DNA of 64,000 nt from Adineta vaga (Eukaryota > Animalia > Rotifera): contig CP075495.1 of assembly GCA_021613535.1 (NCBI GenBank), forward strand, positions 14,384,001 through 14,448,000, read 5' to 3'. A program made the translations under genes and the position numbers. This document shows positions 49,201 through 62,025 of this stretch, piece after piece. The notes beneath the pieces were generated by a model that saw only the letters and a program-made list of their open reading frames with translations, made no database searches and was not told the DNA's origin. Positions within the stretch are counted from its first letter, which is position 1. Each line of letters opens with the position of its first letter.

Positions 49201-52126
49201 GATAGATGAGTGTTCATATATATTCATAAAAACCTATATATCAATGAATACCTTTCTCTTTCGTTCCAATACGTAAGCATTTGATTGATAGCGATAACAA
49301 AGTAAATCAATGAAAAGGAAAAAAGTAATAGCAACCTTCGATTTTGACCAAATGTCAAATATAAAGATATCCCTCTCTGCTTCGAAAGAATAGCAACAGG
49401 GTTTGTGCGCGCGCGCGGATGCATTTATGTCTGTATGTTACGAAACGAATGTAAACATGAAATGTAACGAAGAGGATACATCACCTTCTGATGAAGTGTA
49501 CGAAATTCAATCTACCTAAATGATAACAAACTGACGAGTAATTTCTTTTGTATTCTCTACTTTGTTTCTTCTTTTCACTATAACTAAAAGAAAAAGAAAA
49601 TAAGAATAAAGAAGATCTCGAACTGCTGATAATGATGGACGCTACTCTACTTCTTTCTCTCCCCCCTCGTTTTTTTTACGATGATTATAGGTCAACTGCA
49701 TGTCAACATCAAATTGCTGCTGCCTGTCTGCTTTTTTTGTCAAATAGATCATTTTCTCTCTGTCTCTCCCCTTCTCTGTTTCTCGTTTTTTCTTCTTCCT
49801 TGCATTAAGATATACGACATTGTTATGGGCGCAAATATCGAGCGACAATGTTCATTAGCTTAGTGCCAAAGAGAAGGAAGAGAGCGAGAATCAGAAAGAA
49901 AAAAAACGAATATATATATATATAGAAAAGCGTTCTTCTCTTTACCTATGTCCATATTTGTTACTGATCGCGAGACTCACCTTCATTCTCGTGCTCTAAT
50001 TAATTGTATGTATGCATAGTATCTCTTCCAATAGTTATAGTACATTTGCTGTTTGTATATGCGTCGCACATGTTGGCTTGTAAAAAAAAGTATCGCAAGT
50101 GCACTAGTGAAACGAAACTCTTTTTCCTCCTTCTGTCTGCATCTACAGTCAGTCGCTATAGCAAACAATTGAAACTCCGTTACTCTCTATTCTGCAGCTG
50201 CCAATACTATCAACAAGAAAGCAGCGTAAGAGCAATAAGAATATGGATATTGAGAGATTTTTTTGTTCGTTTCTCTCTCTCTCTCACTCACTCTATCGAC
50301 ACTTTTTCATCACTTTCATCCGACCAGCGAGGAGCAGCAGCACTCTCGGCTTTTTTTACATTACATACAATTCAGCTATCAACACCAGTTTAAACAAAAG
50401 AAGAAGTGCAGTGCATGTAAAGAAAGAATTTCTCTCTTTATGTTGTCAATCGCCTATAGCACACACAGTCGATATTCCGGGATTTGCCTTCTAGGCAATG
50501 TTGTTTCTGGAAAAACGTATCAGCAATTAAGTGAGCAAGCGAGCGAACATAAAAAAAGAAGACGAGAGAAAGACAAAAAGACTACTTTTTTCATGCAGGT
50601 GTAAGCAGATGGTAGTGATCATGAAAAATGAATGAACGTGGATATATACACGTTCGACCCGATATATAATCCTCCGAACAGACGGTAGGTATGTTCAATA
50701 AAAAAAAAGGAAAGAAAGATGCCCTAAAGGCATACATCTCGTCGGAGAAAAAGACGTAAAAGATGATAATGCGAACAAAGCATGAAATGGTTCTTTCTCT
50801 CTCCCTCTCTCTCTCTGTCGGCTAATATTTGACTCGCCTCTCGCTTATTTCTTTTTTTTCATTACAACACCATCACCTCCAATACAACATAGACATACAC
50901 GGAAAAACGAGAGAAAGATCACTTAATTATGGACGATGTTTACAATGGTATGCAAAGATTGAGAGAAAAAGAAAAGTTGCAAAGAAAATTAAGACAACAT
51001 GAGAAAAAGTTAGGATAAGCAATGTATCTACATTGAAATCGTTTGTCATGCAAAAGTCAAAGGCAATTTTCTTATTGATATGAAAGGAAAAGAAATGATT
51101 CACGTGAATATATGCAATGTTTGTTGTCTCATAGAAATTCTTCGTTGACATACAATAAGAGAGAAAAGTAAAAACTGTAATTCTTTATTGATACCTTGAG
51201 AAGTAAAAATACGTGTAAAATCTCAACGTTCTTTCTCTTCTTTTTTCTTCTTGTTTAATACACTTCATAATTCAATCACAATGCAAATCTCCATACATAC
51301 AATATTCTTGTTGCTTTTTCTCGAACTTCTCTCGAAGGATACATCATACAAGAAGCTCAATGTTTGATACCTTTTAATTTATGACTGTTCAATGAAAAGT
51401 CATAAATCATATAATCGGTTTTTTTCTGTCCTGGAATAATAGACGATTGTTAATTGATGAATATATGAAGTTTAATTCAATCATATCTAATGTTGATAAT
51501 GGAAAATAACTCATATATATCGAGATTGAGTCAGAAATGAATGAAGCTGAATGGATTCTACTATTAATATAAATATACTTGATTGATATTATTCAATAGA
51601 TTGCAATCAATATATAAATATATATGAGAAAAAAAAGTATTGTGAATGAATCTTAGTCGACACGAACATTTCGTGTAATAATATAAGCAACATTGCCAAG
51701 TAATGATACTTGAGTATAGATCATTGATAAGGATATTAATTCAGCAAATACTATTTGACATGAATAGAGACGAGAAAAAGAAATCATTTGATATGATGTT
51801 TATGAGCGTATGTTTAGAAAGAAAAAAAAAGAAGAAGAAGAATGATCATCGATTGATAAATGAAAGATTACGAGAATAGATCTGATTACATCTACTTTTT
51901 TTTACGATTTTCTATTACTTTAGGTGTTGGTTCGATTGGTACATTTCTTGAAGGTCCAGTTATTGGTTGGATTGTTGCACAATATGGTTGGTCAGCAATG
52001 TTTGCCTGCATGATTTTGTTAAGTATTTTCGGTGCATTGGCATCATTTCGAGCAGCACGTTATCAACGAGCAATTAAATTGACAGCGGCTTCATCGTCAT
52101 CAACACTTGATCAAATTATTTCTTAG
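43294..52126 (+). CDS. MFS sugar-phosphate/glycerol-3-phosphate transporter (SLC37/GlpT-type), 13 coding exons, last intron 45062-51923
   Basis: AYALTYFLRKP, GSLGDKYGARR, RNSVFGLFGTCPFAGGIIG, LKVVRYAIYLWLPLYL, FDIGGVAGS, AVIGFVN G|GT GTT (GVGSIGTFLEGPVIG). The final TM helices are found only at 51924-52126 and join in phase. Confidence 0.9.
45458..47576 (-). CDS. Nested Crypton-derived DUF3504 (KIAA1958/ZMYM/QRICH1-type) protein, 2 coding exons (intron 45902-45971)
   Basis: LCTYLKHYFGNVRKADNTEYEPDTLRSFMLSIERYLK, TPDGLL..LLINNSKYF..RG, YGDLEI...LEYIEY, CPV, HRPP...DAPFYL, WY, AGINGKFSCMSLRK. Lies entirely inside the transporter's last intron, on the opposite strand. Confidence 0.85.
47580..49980 (-). 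other. Probable 5'-UTR intron of the nested gene
   Basis: Minus-strand donor GAAG|GTGAGT at 49980 and acceptor GATAG|AAC-ATG at 47580. The region is non-coding and microsatellite-rich. Confidence 0.45.
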
Positions 52127-52298
52127 TTGTTTTTATTTTTGAGACATTGGGTTTTTTTTTCTTTTTATTTAACATTTTATTTATGTTTTCCTCAGTTATT
52201 AATCATCTATTTATAAAACACTTTATCGACAAAAAAAAATACATGATCAATATTTAACACAAAGGACAGTTAATAAATTTTAGATCAAACAGATTTTC

Positions 52299-53585
52299 AT
52301 GGGTTATATACCAAAAGTAATTTTACCACCCACACCGAGTGCCGCTGATCTACTTCGGACATATAAACTACCAGCTTTACGACGATTTGCACAGAATTTT
52401 CTATTAGATCCTCGTGCAACGAGCAAATTTGTTGCATGTGCAGGCAATATTGAAAATAGTATGTAGATAAGGAGGTAATATATATTTATAGAATGGCTAA
52501 GTAGTCTTTTTGTCTTCTTTAAAAGCGGAGAATGATTTTAATCTTTGATTATTTAGAATTTATTATTGAAGTTGGACCAGGACCAGGTGGTATAACAAGA
52601 AAATTATTCGAACATGGTGCGGGACAAGTTGCAGCCATTGAAAAAGATATTCGATTATTTCCAGCATTACAAGTAAATAATAGAAAGTCTTTTCTTTTTA
52701 ATGTAAAACAAATTTTATTTTAGACATTAGCAAATGCTGTTGATTCTCGTCTTCGACTTTATCTTGGCGATATATTAGATTTCAATATTGAATCTGTTAT
52801 ACCTGATGATATAACCAGTCAGCAAGGTTCATGGAAATCCGATGAATCTGCTTCCTCATCACCAATTCATCTTGTTGGTAATCTTCCATTTAATATTGCT
52901 ATTCCACTTCTCATACGTTGGTTGAAACAAGTCTCAATTCGATCAGGTCCATTTGCATTTGGATATCGTATTCCAATTACCATTTGTATGCAAGAAGCTG
53001 TTGCAGGTCGAATTGTTTCTGATGCATTATTAGATCAACGTGGTCGTTTATCGATTATCTTTCAAAATTGGTTCGATTGTCGAGTCAAACATGTTTTCTC
53101 CGGTCGTGCATTTGTTCCACCAGCAAATGTCAATGTTGCTGTTATGCAATTAATTCCATTGAAACAACCATTAATCGATGTTAGTTATGATCTTTTAGAT
53201 AAAGTTACTCGAGCAGCATTTCATACTCGCAATAAAAAAATGTCCATTACAATGGCGTATGTTTGAAGATTCTGATATGACAAAGAGTTTTATTTCAATT
53301 TATTTTAGAGCTCTCTTTCCTGAAGAAACACGTGATGAAAATACGAAGGAATTATTACAACGTGCTCATCTCAAATCAGATACAATATGTTTAACATTAA
53401 GTGTCGAAGAATTCGGACAACTTGCTCAAATCTATGCTGATATTATTAGTCGATCTCGGCCTGTTCATGAACAATTGGATCGAAAAATTAATACAAAAGA
53501 ATTGACATTTGAATTAGGTGAAACTTATGTGAGACCGGAAAACAATAAAACAAAGAAAAAATCAAAAAAAGATTGGAATGATTAA
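52299..53585 (+). CDS. TFB1M: Mitochondrial dimethyladenosine transferase 1
   Basis: [15 protein letters not shown]...[57 protein letters not shown]. Confidence 0.93.
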
Positions 53586-53738
53586 ATCAAATAGAGATAT
53601 ATGTTTCATTTTTCTTTCAAATAAACAGATATTTTCAAATCATAAATCATTTTTGCAATGTATAAAGATATGATCCTAACAAGCATCCATTGTTTTTCTT
53701 CAAATCTCACTGAATATCATTTCTTTCTTTCTACAGTA

Positions 53739-55357
53739 ATGATCTGGTCATCGAAGGACATCTGTAAATAAATATATATTCATAACTTTTTCGTTCGTCA
53801 AAGAATCATAACATCTATCTATCAATAGAAAACATCCATTTCATTCTTCCTTCCCGATAGATTCTACATTCTATATGAAAATAATTTCAAAACGAAATCG
53901 AATGAATTATCAACATTATCAATCTTGTCGATCACCATTATCAATGTAGATTTTGATGAATTTTGTTCTGTATTATTCTATCAAATCTATATTTAGACAA
54001 TCATTCCAATCATTATCATGGACTCATATCAAACTTCTCGGATCGGGTTTGTTTTTTAAATATATTATCGTTTCTTATTTGAAAAAGAATTTGTATTTGA
54101 TCAGGTACATTTGGTTATGTCGATCATGTTCGTCATCCAAAAGAACATACGAGAGAATATGCTCGTAAAACAATAAAATATAATGAAAAATTGGATGCAA
54201 ATGGTGATATGGCTGCTACAGCTATTCGAGAAATATCCATTTTGAAAACTCTTGATCATCCAAATATTATTAAGTAAAAACGATTGATTAGAAAATTTAA
54301 CATCAAATTATTTCTTCTAGACTCAATCATGTTGAATATAATTTTGATAAAAAAGATTTTTTATCTTTTTTTCTCGAAATTTTTCCTACAGATCTTAAAC
54401 GATATATGGACGCATGTTTATCTGCAGAAAGATTATCTTCAAATCTTGTCAAAGTAAGATTTCTATCGAAACATGATAGACGAAATTTTGATTATTGTAG
54501 AGTTATACATATCAAATTTTGTGTGGAATTGATTATCTTCATCGTCGTGCAATTGTAAGTATTGAATTGAGATATTCAATTTCGATTAGTTTTTCTTTGC
54601 TTATTTTCATCAAGATTCATCGAGATATCAAACCTTCAAATATTGTTATTGATTATGAAGGTAATTAATTCTTTAAATTGTCGAGAGATAATATTATGAA
54701 AGAACAGGTCATTTGAAATTGGCTGATTTCGGTCTTGCTCGTCGTTGTCGTATACCTGAACGAGCTTTAACTCATGAAGTAGTTACACTTTGGTATCGTC
54801 CACCGGAAATTTTATTGAATGCACCAACATATGGTATGCCGTTGGATATTTGGGGTATTGGATGTGTATTTGCAGAGATGTGTCTTCATCGTCCATTATT
54901 TCGTGGTGAATGTGAAATTGATCAATTGTTCCTTATTTTTCGGTAAGTTCATTTTCTATCGAACTTTACTTCACATTCGCAGATTGTTGGGTACCCCATC
55001 GGTAGTTGAATGGCCTGATATTGCAAATTGTCTTTATTATCAAACGAATTTTCCAAATTTTCCATCCAATGGAATTGAATTATGTCAATTACCAATGTTA
55101 AATATCTGTCGACAACTTCTCTCAGTAAAAATAAAGACGAAGATTATTTTGTTCTTCTTTAAAGATGAAAAAAAATAAACTTTTCTTAGGATATTCTCAT
55201 TTACAATCCACAATGTCGTCCAACAGCAAAATATCTGATTGAACATCATCCATATTTCATTGAACAAACAATGATTTGTTCCGAAAAACCTACACGAACC
55301 ATTATTGACCGAGCAATTCGATTACAAACTGACAATATAAAACATTTAGCTATGTAA
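53739..55357 (+). CDS. Divergent CDK1/2-family cyclin-dependent kinase
   Basis: LLGSG|[79 protein letters not shown]|LLGTP. A short first exon (53739-53763) splices in frame; alternative ATG at 53875. Confidence 0.88.
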
Positions 55358-55761
55358 AACATTGAATCTAAATTGAATGATTTGTCGCGTATTATTTTTG
55401 TGTTCTCTTTTCTCTCTTTTGTTTTATGTCTGTCTGTTTGTTTGTTAGTTAGTTTTTGTTTCATTAAAAAAACAACAAAAGACGTGCGATAAGAAGAAAC
55501 AAAATGCTCAATAACAATAGATGGGTGTGTCTAGGAAAACGAAGATAATTAGTATCAGTCTTACTGCTAACAAACATATTGTATCTGTTGATCGAATACA
55601 TGATGATACATTCGTCTCTTCTATACATCTATAGAGATATTTACAATCGGCTCACCTGCATTCCTATCTAAACTATTCAAACACACATATTCATTTAAAT
55701 GATTTCTTCAATCTATATGTTCACTCATCAAACGATACATTTTTGAATATAGAACGATGCA

Positions 55762-56286
55762 ATGTATTTCATAGTGACGTTTTTTTTCTCAATGATTTTC
55801 TATTGTATTAATAGTACATCGATATTAAATCAATGTCAATCAACAGCTTCAATTTGGACGTATTATCCTTGTTCTTTTATTATTTCATCTACATCTTCAT
55901 CTTCAACCTCATTCTCTTGTCTACAAGCCACAGTTCATTTGTCAATTGATCAATGTACAAATCGTGAAGTGTTATTTTTCTGGCATTTTCCATTTGGTAA
56001 TATGACAATAACATTAGAATCCGAAAAGAGACAAGCATTTTTCTTACATTTATCAAACTTATCCTTAACAAAAAGAAAATTAATCAAAAATATCTATCAT
56101 TTAAGTAATAACAGAACAAATGAAAGACAATTATTAAATAATGATAAAACAGAAGAGATTATTCTTTCTTCTGATCAATATTATCAATCGTCAATTAAAT
56201 TTGAAACAATGAATCAAATTCTTTTTGATTATGGAACATTTATTCAAATAACTATTTTAACGAATGATGAAAATTTATCTCTATAG
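55762..56286 (+). CDS. Hypothetical secreted protein, 174 aa, intronless
   Basis: ATG-initiated ORF with a hydrophobic N-terminus and four further Cys. No family recognised. Confidence 0.55.
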   Translation: MYFIVTFFFSMIFYCINSTSILNQCQSTASIWTYYPCSFIISSTSSSSTSFSCLQATVHLSIDQCTNREVLFFWHFPFGNMTITLESEKRQAFFLHLSNLSLTKRKLIKNIYHLSNNRTNERQLLNNDKTEEIILSSDQYYQSSIKFETMNQILFDYGTFIQITILTNDENLSL

Positions 56287-56780
56287 AATTTTGATCTGTT
56301 TTTTTTCCTGTATGAGAACAGTATGTAAAAATAATTCGTATTTCATTTTGAAAAGTTTTTCTTCATCTATTAAAATTTCATACGAATAGAATTCTTTATT
56401 TCAACATAATTAAACAATATCAAAGTTAGTCGAGTGTATATAAATAATTGAATATAAGGAATTTATAGCGAACAAAATACTAATTTTCAAAAGTAAAGAA
56501 TCAGACTAGATGTAGATTTTAGAGAATAATCAAGTTATTTTTGATTGTGTAGTATATGATTATCATTCATTAGAGAAGAGCCCTCAATTTATGAATAATT
56601 CACATATTTAAAAATGTTCATCAAAGCTGCATGATTTTACAGATGATTAATGATGCAAATTAATCATAAATGCATTATCTCTAAAAAGAAAAACGTCAAT
56701 ACTTTGAAAATAGAATTAAAAGAAAAGAAAAAGCATCTTATAAAATATTATTTGTAAAAGAAATTAACGTCAGAGGTAGA

Positions 56781-57879
56781 ATGTCAACAGGATTTACATC
56801 ATTGTTAAGTCTTGCTGGGAAACAAACAATAATCTATTTGGGATCATTGACTTTTATTGCTGGTATTATTGGTGGATTTCTTGATATAGTTGTATTTCTT
56901 AGTTTGAAAACTTTTCGACATAATTCATGTGGATTCTATTTAACTATTATGTCAATTGCTAACATAGGTCAAATGATTACTGGTTTACTTAGTCGTATTT
57001 TGAGTACTGGATTCAATATCGATTGGTCATTAACATCTTTATTCTATTGTAAAATTCGATTATATTGTTATCAAGTATGTGCATTAATATCCATGACTTG
57101 TATTTGTTTGGCAAGTATTGATCAATATTTTGCGACTTGTACTCGTCTACGATGGCAACAATGGTGTAATATCAAATTAGCTCATCGTTTATCTGCAATA
57201 TTTACATTGATTTGGATTGCACACAATATTCCTTTTGTAATTTACTATGATCAGATTGTATCAACTTCATCAGGCAAAGTTAGCTGTACACTCACAAATT
57301 CTATTTTTGAACAGTATTCTACTTATAGTATTACTGTTATTCTTGGCAAAATCTTACCTATATTTATAACTTTCTTATTTGGATTTTTATCATATCAAAA
57401 TGTAAATCAAATGGCATATCGAATAGTACCAATGGTTCGTCGTGAACTTGACAAACAATTAACTGTGATGGTTTTAGTACAAATTGCCTTTGGTATCTTT
57501 ACTCTTGTACCATATACAGTGGTTTATCTTCTATTGAGAGTACCACAACTTAATCAAGATCCAATTCATGCAGCAAGTTTACAATTAGCAGCTTCTGTGA
57601 CAACATGTGTATTGTATATATATTTTGCAGTAAGTTTAAAAGGACTGTTATTCTATTTCTTCGTTTATATGTAATCGATGCTTAGTTGTATTTCTTAGTA
57701 ATATCTGAGTGAATTAAATCGACATTTTCTCTTTCTCTTTTCAGAGTCCGTTCTACATATTTATATGTGTATCCAATCGATTTCGTCGACAATTGATTCA
57801 TGTACTCTTTGAAATTTATTTCAAACGCGGGCAACAACAAACAATATTAGTGAATCAAGTGACACCACAGACAACATGA
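56781..57879 (+). CDS. Rhodopsin-like 7TM GPCR (lineage-expanded type), intron 57630-57744
   Basis: Seven hydrophobic segments; FYCKIRLY, CLASIDQY (DRY equivalent), LDKQLTVMVLVQ, SPFYIFICVSNRFRRQL; ends NQVTPQTT*. Confidence 0.88.
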
Positions 57880-57958
57880 AAAGTCCTACTCGATAGGAAG
57901 AACGGAAAAACAGAATTTGATTGTAACTATAAATGAGAATGGATGCTCTCTGATATTA

Positions 57959-57973
57959 ACACCCACACCCTCA
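57959..57973 (-). repeat. Short telomere-like motif TGAGGGTGTGGGTGT
   Basis: Reverse complement is identical to 9213-9227. Confidence 0.55.
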
Positions 57974-58298
57974 CTGTTGTTATTTAAAAATAAACTTCTT
58001 CTTGATACGAATCTTGAAAACTATCAATATATATTGTTGAATCAAACCTGAATGAAAATAACTGTAATTCGATCTTCTTAATCTTAAATTACAACTATTA
58101 TGATATGTTCAGTGAAAGAGAAGAGAATATCGATTAGAAGATTTCATACGCGAATTTTTTTAACCAATTATTTATTTTTCCGTGAAAATAAGAATAAAAT
58201 AATGATGATGATTCATTTGCCTCCACATCGCATCTGTATAAACTTTTCATTTAAAATTAATAAAAACTAACTGTTAACAAATATCAAATCGTCATACA

Positions 58299-59395
58299 AT
58301 GACAAACGTACAAAAGAATTCTAAGATCAATCAAAATAATTGGCAATCACATTCATCTCCAATTCCATTGATGTCAATGGCTATTCCACCAACTATACTT
58401 TCTCGTACATTACCATCATCTTGTCGAACATCAATCAGTGATCCAATATGTTCATCTCCAACTGCACCTACATCGATAATAATGACTGATAATATCTCAA
58501 CAATCTCCACACTCATTAATCAAATTGATATTTCGAAATATTATTTTGCTCATGTTATTAAGGTACCACATGGTACTAATCTACTTGCATCTGATAATCA
58601 ATCAACTACATTATGTATTAATTCCATGGGAAATATTATTCATCTTATTACGCCTACTGGTTATCATATTCGATCATTACGATGGCCTGAAACTACAGAG
58701 AAAGTGAGAGATATAATTTGGTAATGAACGATGAAAATATTCTTCTCATAATTATTATAAAACTTTGTTTTAGGTGTGAAATATTACAATGTTATCTTGT
58801 TACAACATTGAAAAGTCTTTATACACTTAAATATGAATCAAATCAATCACTTGAGATAGAAAAATCTCTTGATTTTGTTGTTAAATATTCATCAATGAAT
58901 GTTCTCGTTGCTTGTAATTCCTATCGTCTATATATTTACAATCAATCGATTGATATTTATACACTTCAATTTGTTCATTTACATACTAAACAATTACCTA
59001 TTGAACTTACAAATCATCGAATGGAAGCATTAACATGTTCTGATTCATATCTTGTTTTTCATTATAAACATCTCACAAATAAATTCATTATCTTAGATTC
59101 AACAACAATGATAGTCAAATATCAATTTGATTTACTCTATCAAACTATTTCATCTTTACGATGTCTCGATGAAACTATTTTAGTATTTATTGGTCTCAGA
59201 AAAGATGGAGAAAATCGTTTAGTTTTATTTCATTTCAATGATGATGATGATGATGATGATGAAATTCAACCAATGATTATTGAAAAAGGTGTCAATCATG
59301 AGAATCAAACTATACATTTACTTCCAAATTGTCAAGATGTTATGATTCTTAACGTTCATACTGCTCGTGTACAATATTTGAAATATCGTTCTTAG
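58299..59395 (+). CDS. Hypothetical protein (Ser/Pro-rich N-terminus, beta-rich/propeller-like C-terminus), intron 58721-58773
   Basis: Two long ORFs join as VRDIIW|CEILQCYLV through a GT-AG intron. Confidence 0.65.
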
Positions 59396-60047
59396 TGAGA
59401 TTGTCCTTTATTTATCTTATGAAGTTTAGTTTAGTAAATAAATCACTTTTGAAAATGACCGTATCTTTTTAGATATTGATTTCTATTGATTAATTATGGA
59501 AAATAAGTATGTAGACATCTTTTCTTCGTCGAATCATTTTTTTCTTTTTGATTAAATAGATTGTCTGAAGCGATTGTTCGACAACAACTAGATTTTTGGT
59601 TAGATTTGTAAACTACGACAATTAACGACACTAAATTAACAACAATCACTATTAAGATTCAAGTCTGATTTAATATTCTTTTTCTCAGACGATTAGATGC
59701 ATTTTTCAATGCCTATTTAGGTCAAACATATATCATGTTCATCATATCGTTCAACAGATATTATTGATTCACTCACTCTTTATTCGATACTTCGTCATAT
59801 AATATAGCGAATAATATCAATAAAATCATTATGTTGAACAAGGCGAAAGTGTTTCTGTTTACTGAGCACAATTTCTATTTTTCCGTCATTATCATCAATA
59901 GAAATGGTCAAACTGTTGATTTGATGCTTTATTTATTCCTGTTTATTAATGATCGTAGATGGTTATGACATTCAGTGAAGTGTAAACGTCATTTTTTAAT
60001 TTCTGTAGTTTTATTTAATCAACTCTCATCAGATTGTACATGGTACC

Positions 60048-60857
60048 CTATGAAGATGATCGGCAACCAATTTCATAAATACACATCACTGGACAATGAT
60101 CAGATACTGAATATCCTCCCGTACAAAGCAAATTTCGAAGAACATTAGCTAAAATAGGACGTGCATATTTGTTTTGCATGATCCAATCTAAAGTACTATC
60201 ACAAAGAACATCTTCACAAGATGTACTTGGACGTTGTGGATGAGTAGGAAGAGCAGGTAATCGTATAGCATTGAAACAATCATTAAAACCAGCTTGACGT
60301 AAAATACGTCGTGGGTGAAAATTTTCATTTAAATCTCCCATGAATAATACTGCTAAATAGGGATCATTGAATTTCAATTGGAAATCTTGTAACGCAGCTA
60401 CTGTACGTTGAGCTTGTTGTTTACGTAGATTAACTTCAGTTGTACATTCTTGTGAATGACCTTCCCATGTATAATGTGCAGTTGAGACTAGAATTTGTTG
60501 AGAAGTACCAGATTCAGATGTTTTAATCTTTAGAAGTACCCAAAACAGTCGTCGTAATGGTTCCATCATTCCAATATCAACAATGCCATATTCGATCATT
60601 TGAAATAAATTTGAATTCCAATATATATTTCCTTCAGTCTGCCATCCAGCAAAATCATCTTTAACATACAGATGAGTAGGTAGAGCTTCGAGTATAATCT
60701 CATGAAATAATGAATGTAATTCTTGTACACATAGAATGTCAGGTGTAAAGGTGGTTAAACATTCGAGCATCGGTAAACGACGATCTGGCCAATTGCCTGG
60801 ATAACCATCGACTTTCCACATATTGAACGTCATCACTGATATACGATGTGCATTCAT
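60048..60857 (-). CDS. Endonuclease/exonuclease/phosphatase (EEP) family hydrolase, intronless
   Basis: VMTFNMW, PDILCVQE, STAHY, MGDLNE, TLDWI, SDHCPV. Confidence 0.9.
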   Translation of the reverse strand: MNAHRISVMTFNMWKVDGYPGNWPDRRLPMLECLTTFTPDILCVQELHSLFHEIILEALPTHLYVKDDFAGWQTEGNIYWNSNLFQMIEYGIVDIGMMEPLRRLFWVLLKIKTSESGTSQQILVSTAHYTWEGHSQECTTEVNLRKQQAQRTVAALQDFQLKFNDPYLAVLFMGDLNENFHPRRILRQAGFNDCFNAIRLPALPTHPQRPSTSCEDVLCDSTLDWIMQNKYARPILANVLRNLLCTGGYSVSDHCPVMCIYEIGCRSSS

Positions 60858-61384
60858 AATGATATCTTAAATATAAAATAGGAATGATCGTAAAAGAATC
60901 GATATTCTATTTATTTGATATAGAAACACATGTGCACGTGAATCGATAGAAGAATGAAAAGAGAAATTATAAATCGATAACAATAAATACTAATGTAAGA
61001 TTGTTGTTTCTGTCTAAATGTTGGAACGCGTGAAAAATATTACAGCTGCATTTCAATTTAAGTTTAGAACGTATTATTGAGAGTGTGATATAGTTGAAAT
61101 ACATTGTATGATTTATTAAATAGAATCGAGTAGAACTTAGATTATTTGAAAACTTGTGTGCATAATTCGTGTTTATTATTAGAAATAAAATTAATAGATT
61201 CTAGCGATACCAATATGTTATTGAGAATGATTATCATACTATTGAAGGAATTTAGCTAGTGAAGCAAGATTCGTAGTAGGAATTATATGTAAATCTTTTT
61301 TCTAATCGTAGCATTTGTCAAATATTGAATAAAAGGAATATAGATTATGGAAGTGTTATGCATAGACGTTGTTATCATTATTCG

Positions 61385-62025
61385 TTAGTTCTTCTTCACT
61401 TGTATTTTCGGAGGAGTACTTTCGATATGAAGTAATTGATAGTCAGTGTCATTAATATAATTCATTTTACTTGTTATGCTTTGAACGTAAGAAGAAATTT
61501 CATCGGATGACAATTCAGCTAATCGTGCACTTCTGTTGCGTATTTCTTTCCTTTTCTCTTCAGCTATTTGATCGATCTGAGCAAATGCTTGTTCTCGTTC
61601 AATGTCTATTTGAAGTGCAATTTGGTCACAATCAGCATTAACACGTTGCTTAGCTGCTGCTGCTAAACGATGGATTATACTCATCTTTTCATTAAGCATA
61701 TTTTGAGCAGCATCTATTTGTCCATCACTTAACGCAACATGTTTTTGGGCACACACCAAACAAATAGAATTTGAACAATGAAGACATTTCAATTGAGAAG
61801 GTTTTTTACAATCAGTGCATTTACGAGTAGGTTTTTCAGAAACAGTAGAATTAACCTTTTCCGAATGTGTTGTTGCATTACAATGATCAGCTGATGACTC
61901 GACTGCATTATTGTCAGGTTTATCACGTTTGAAATCCCATATTGGGCTACCATCTATGGCCACTGATCTTACGATAACATCTTCAGGATATCGTGAATTG
62001 TTTTCCTGCTCTTTTCCAAGAAGTT
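61385..62025 (-). CDS. Zinc-finger (B-box-like) plus coiled-coil protein; 5' exon(s) uncertain
   Basis: CTDC..PSQLKCLHCSNSICLVCAQKH followed by heptad-rich helices. The frame stays open up to a splice acceptor at 62026-62027. Confidence 0.6.

Noticed and set aside
47600-51900. Numerous 60-130 aa ORFs on both strands
   Set aside because: They are translations of microsatellite/low-complexity DNA, often with non-ATG starts, and show no domain or exon logic.
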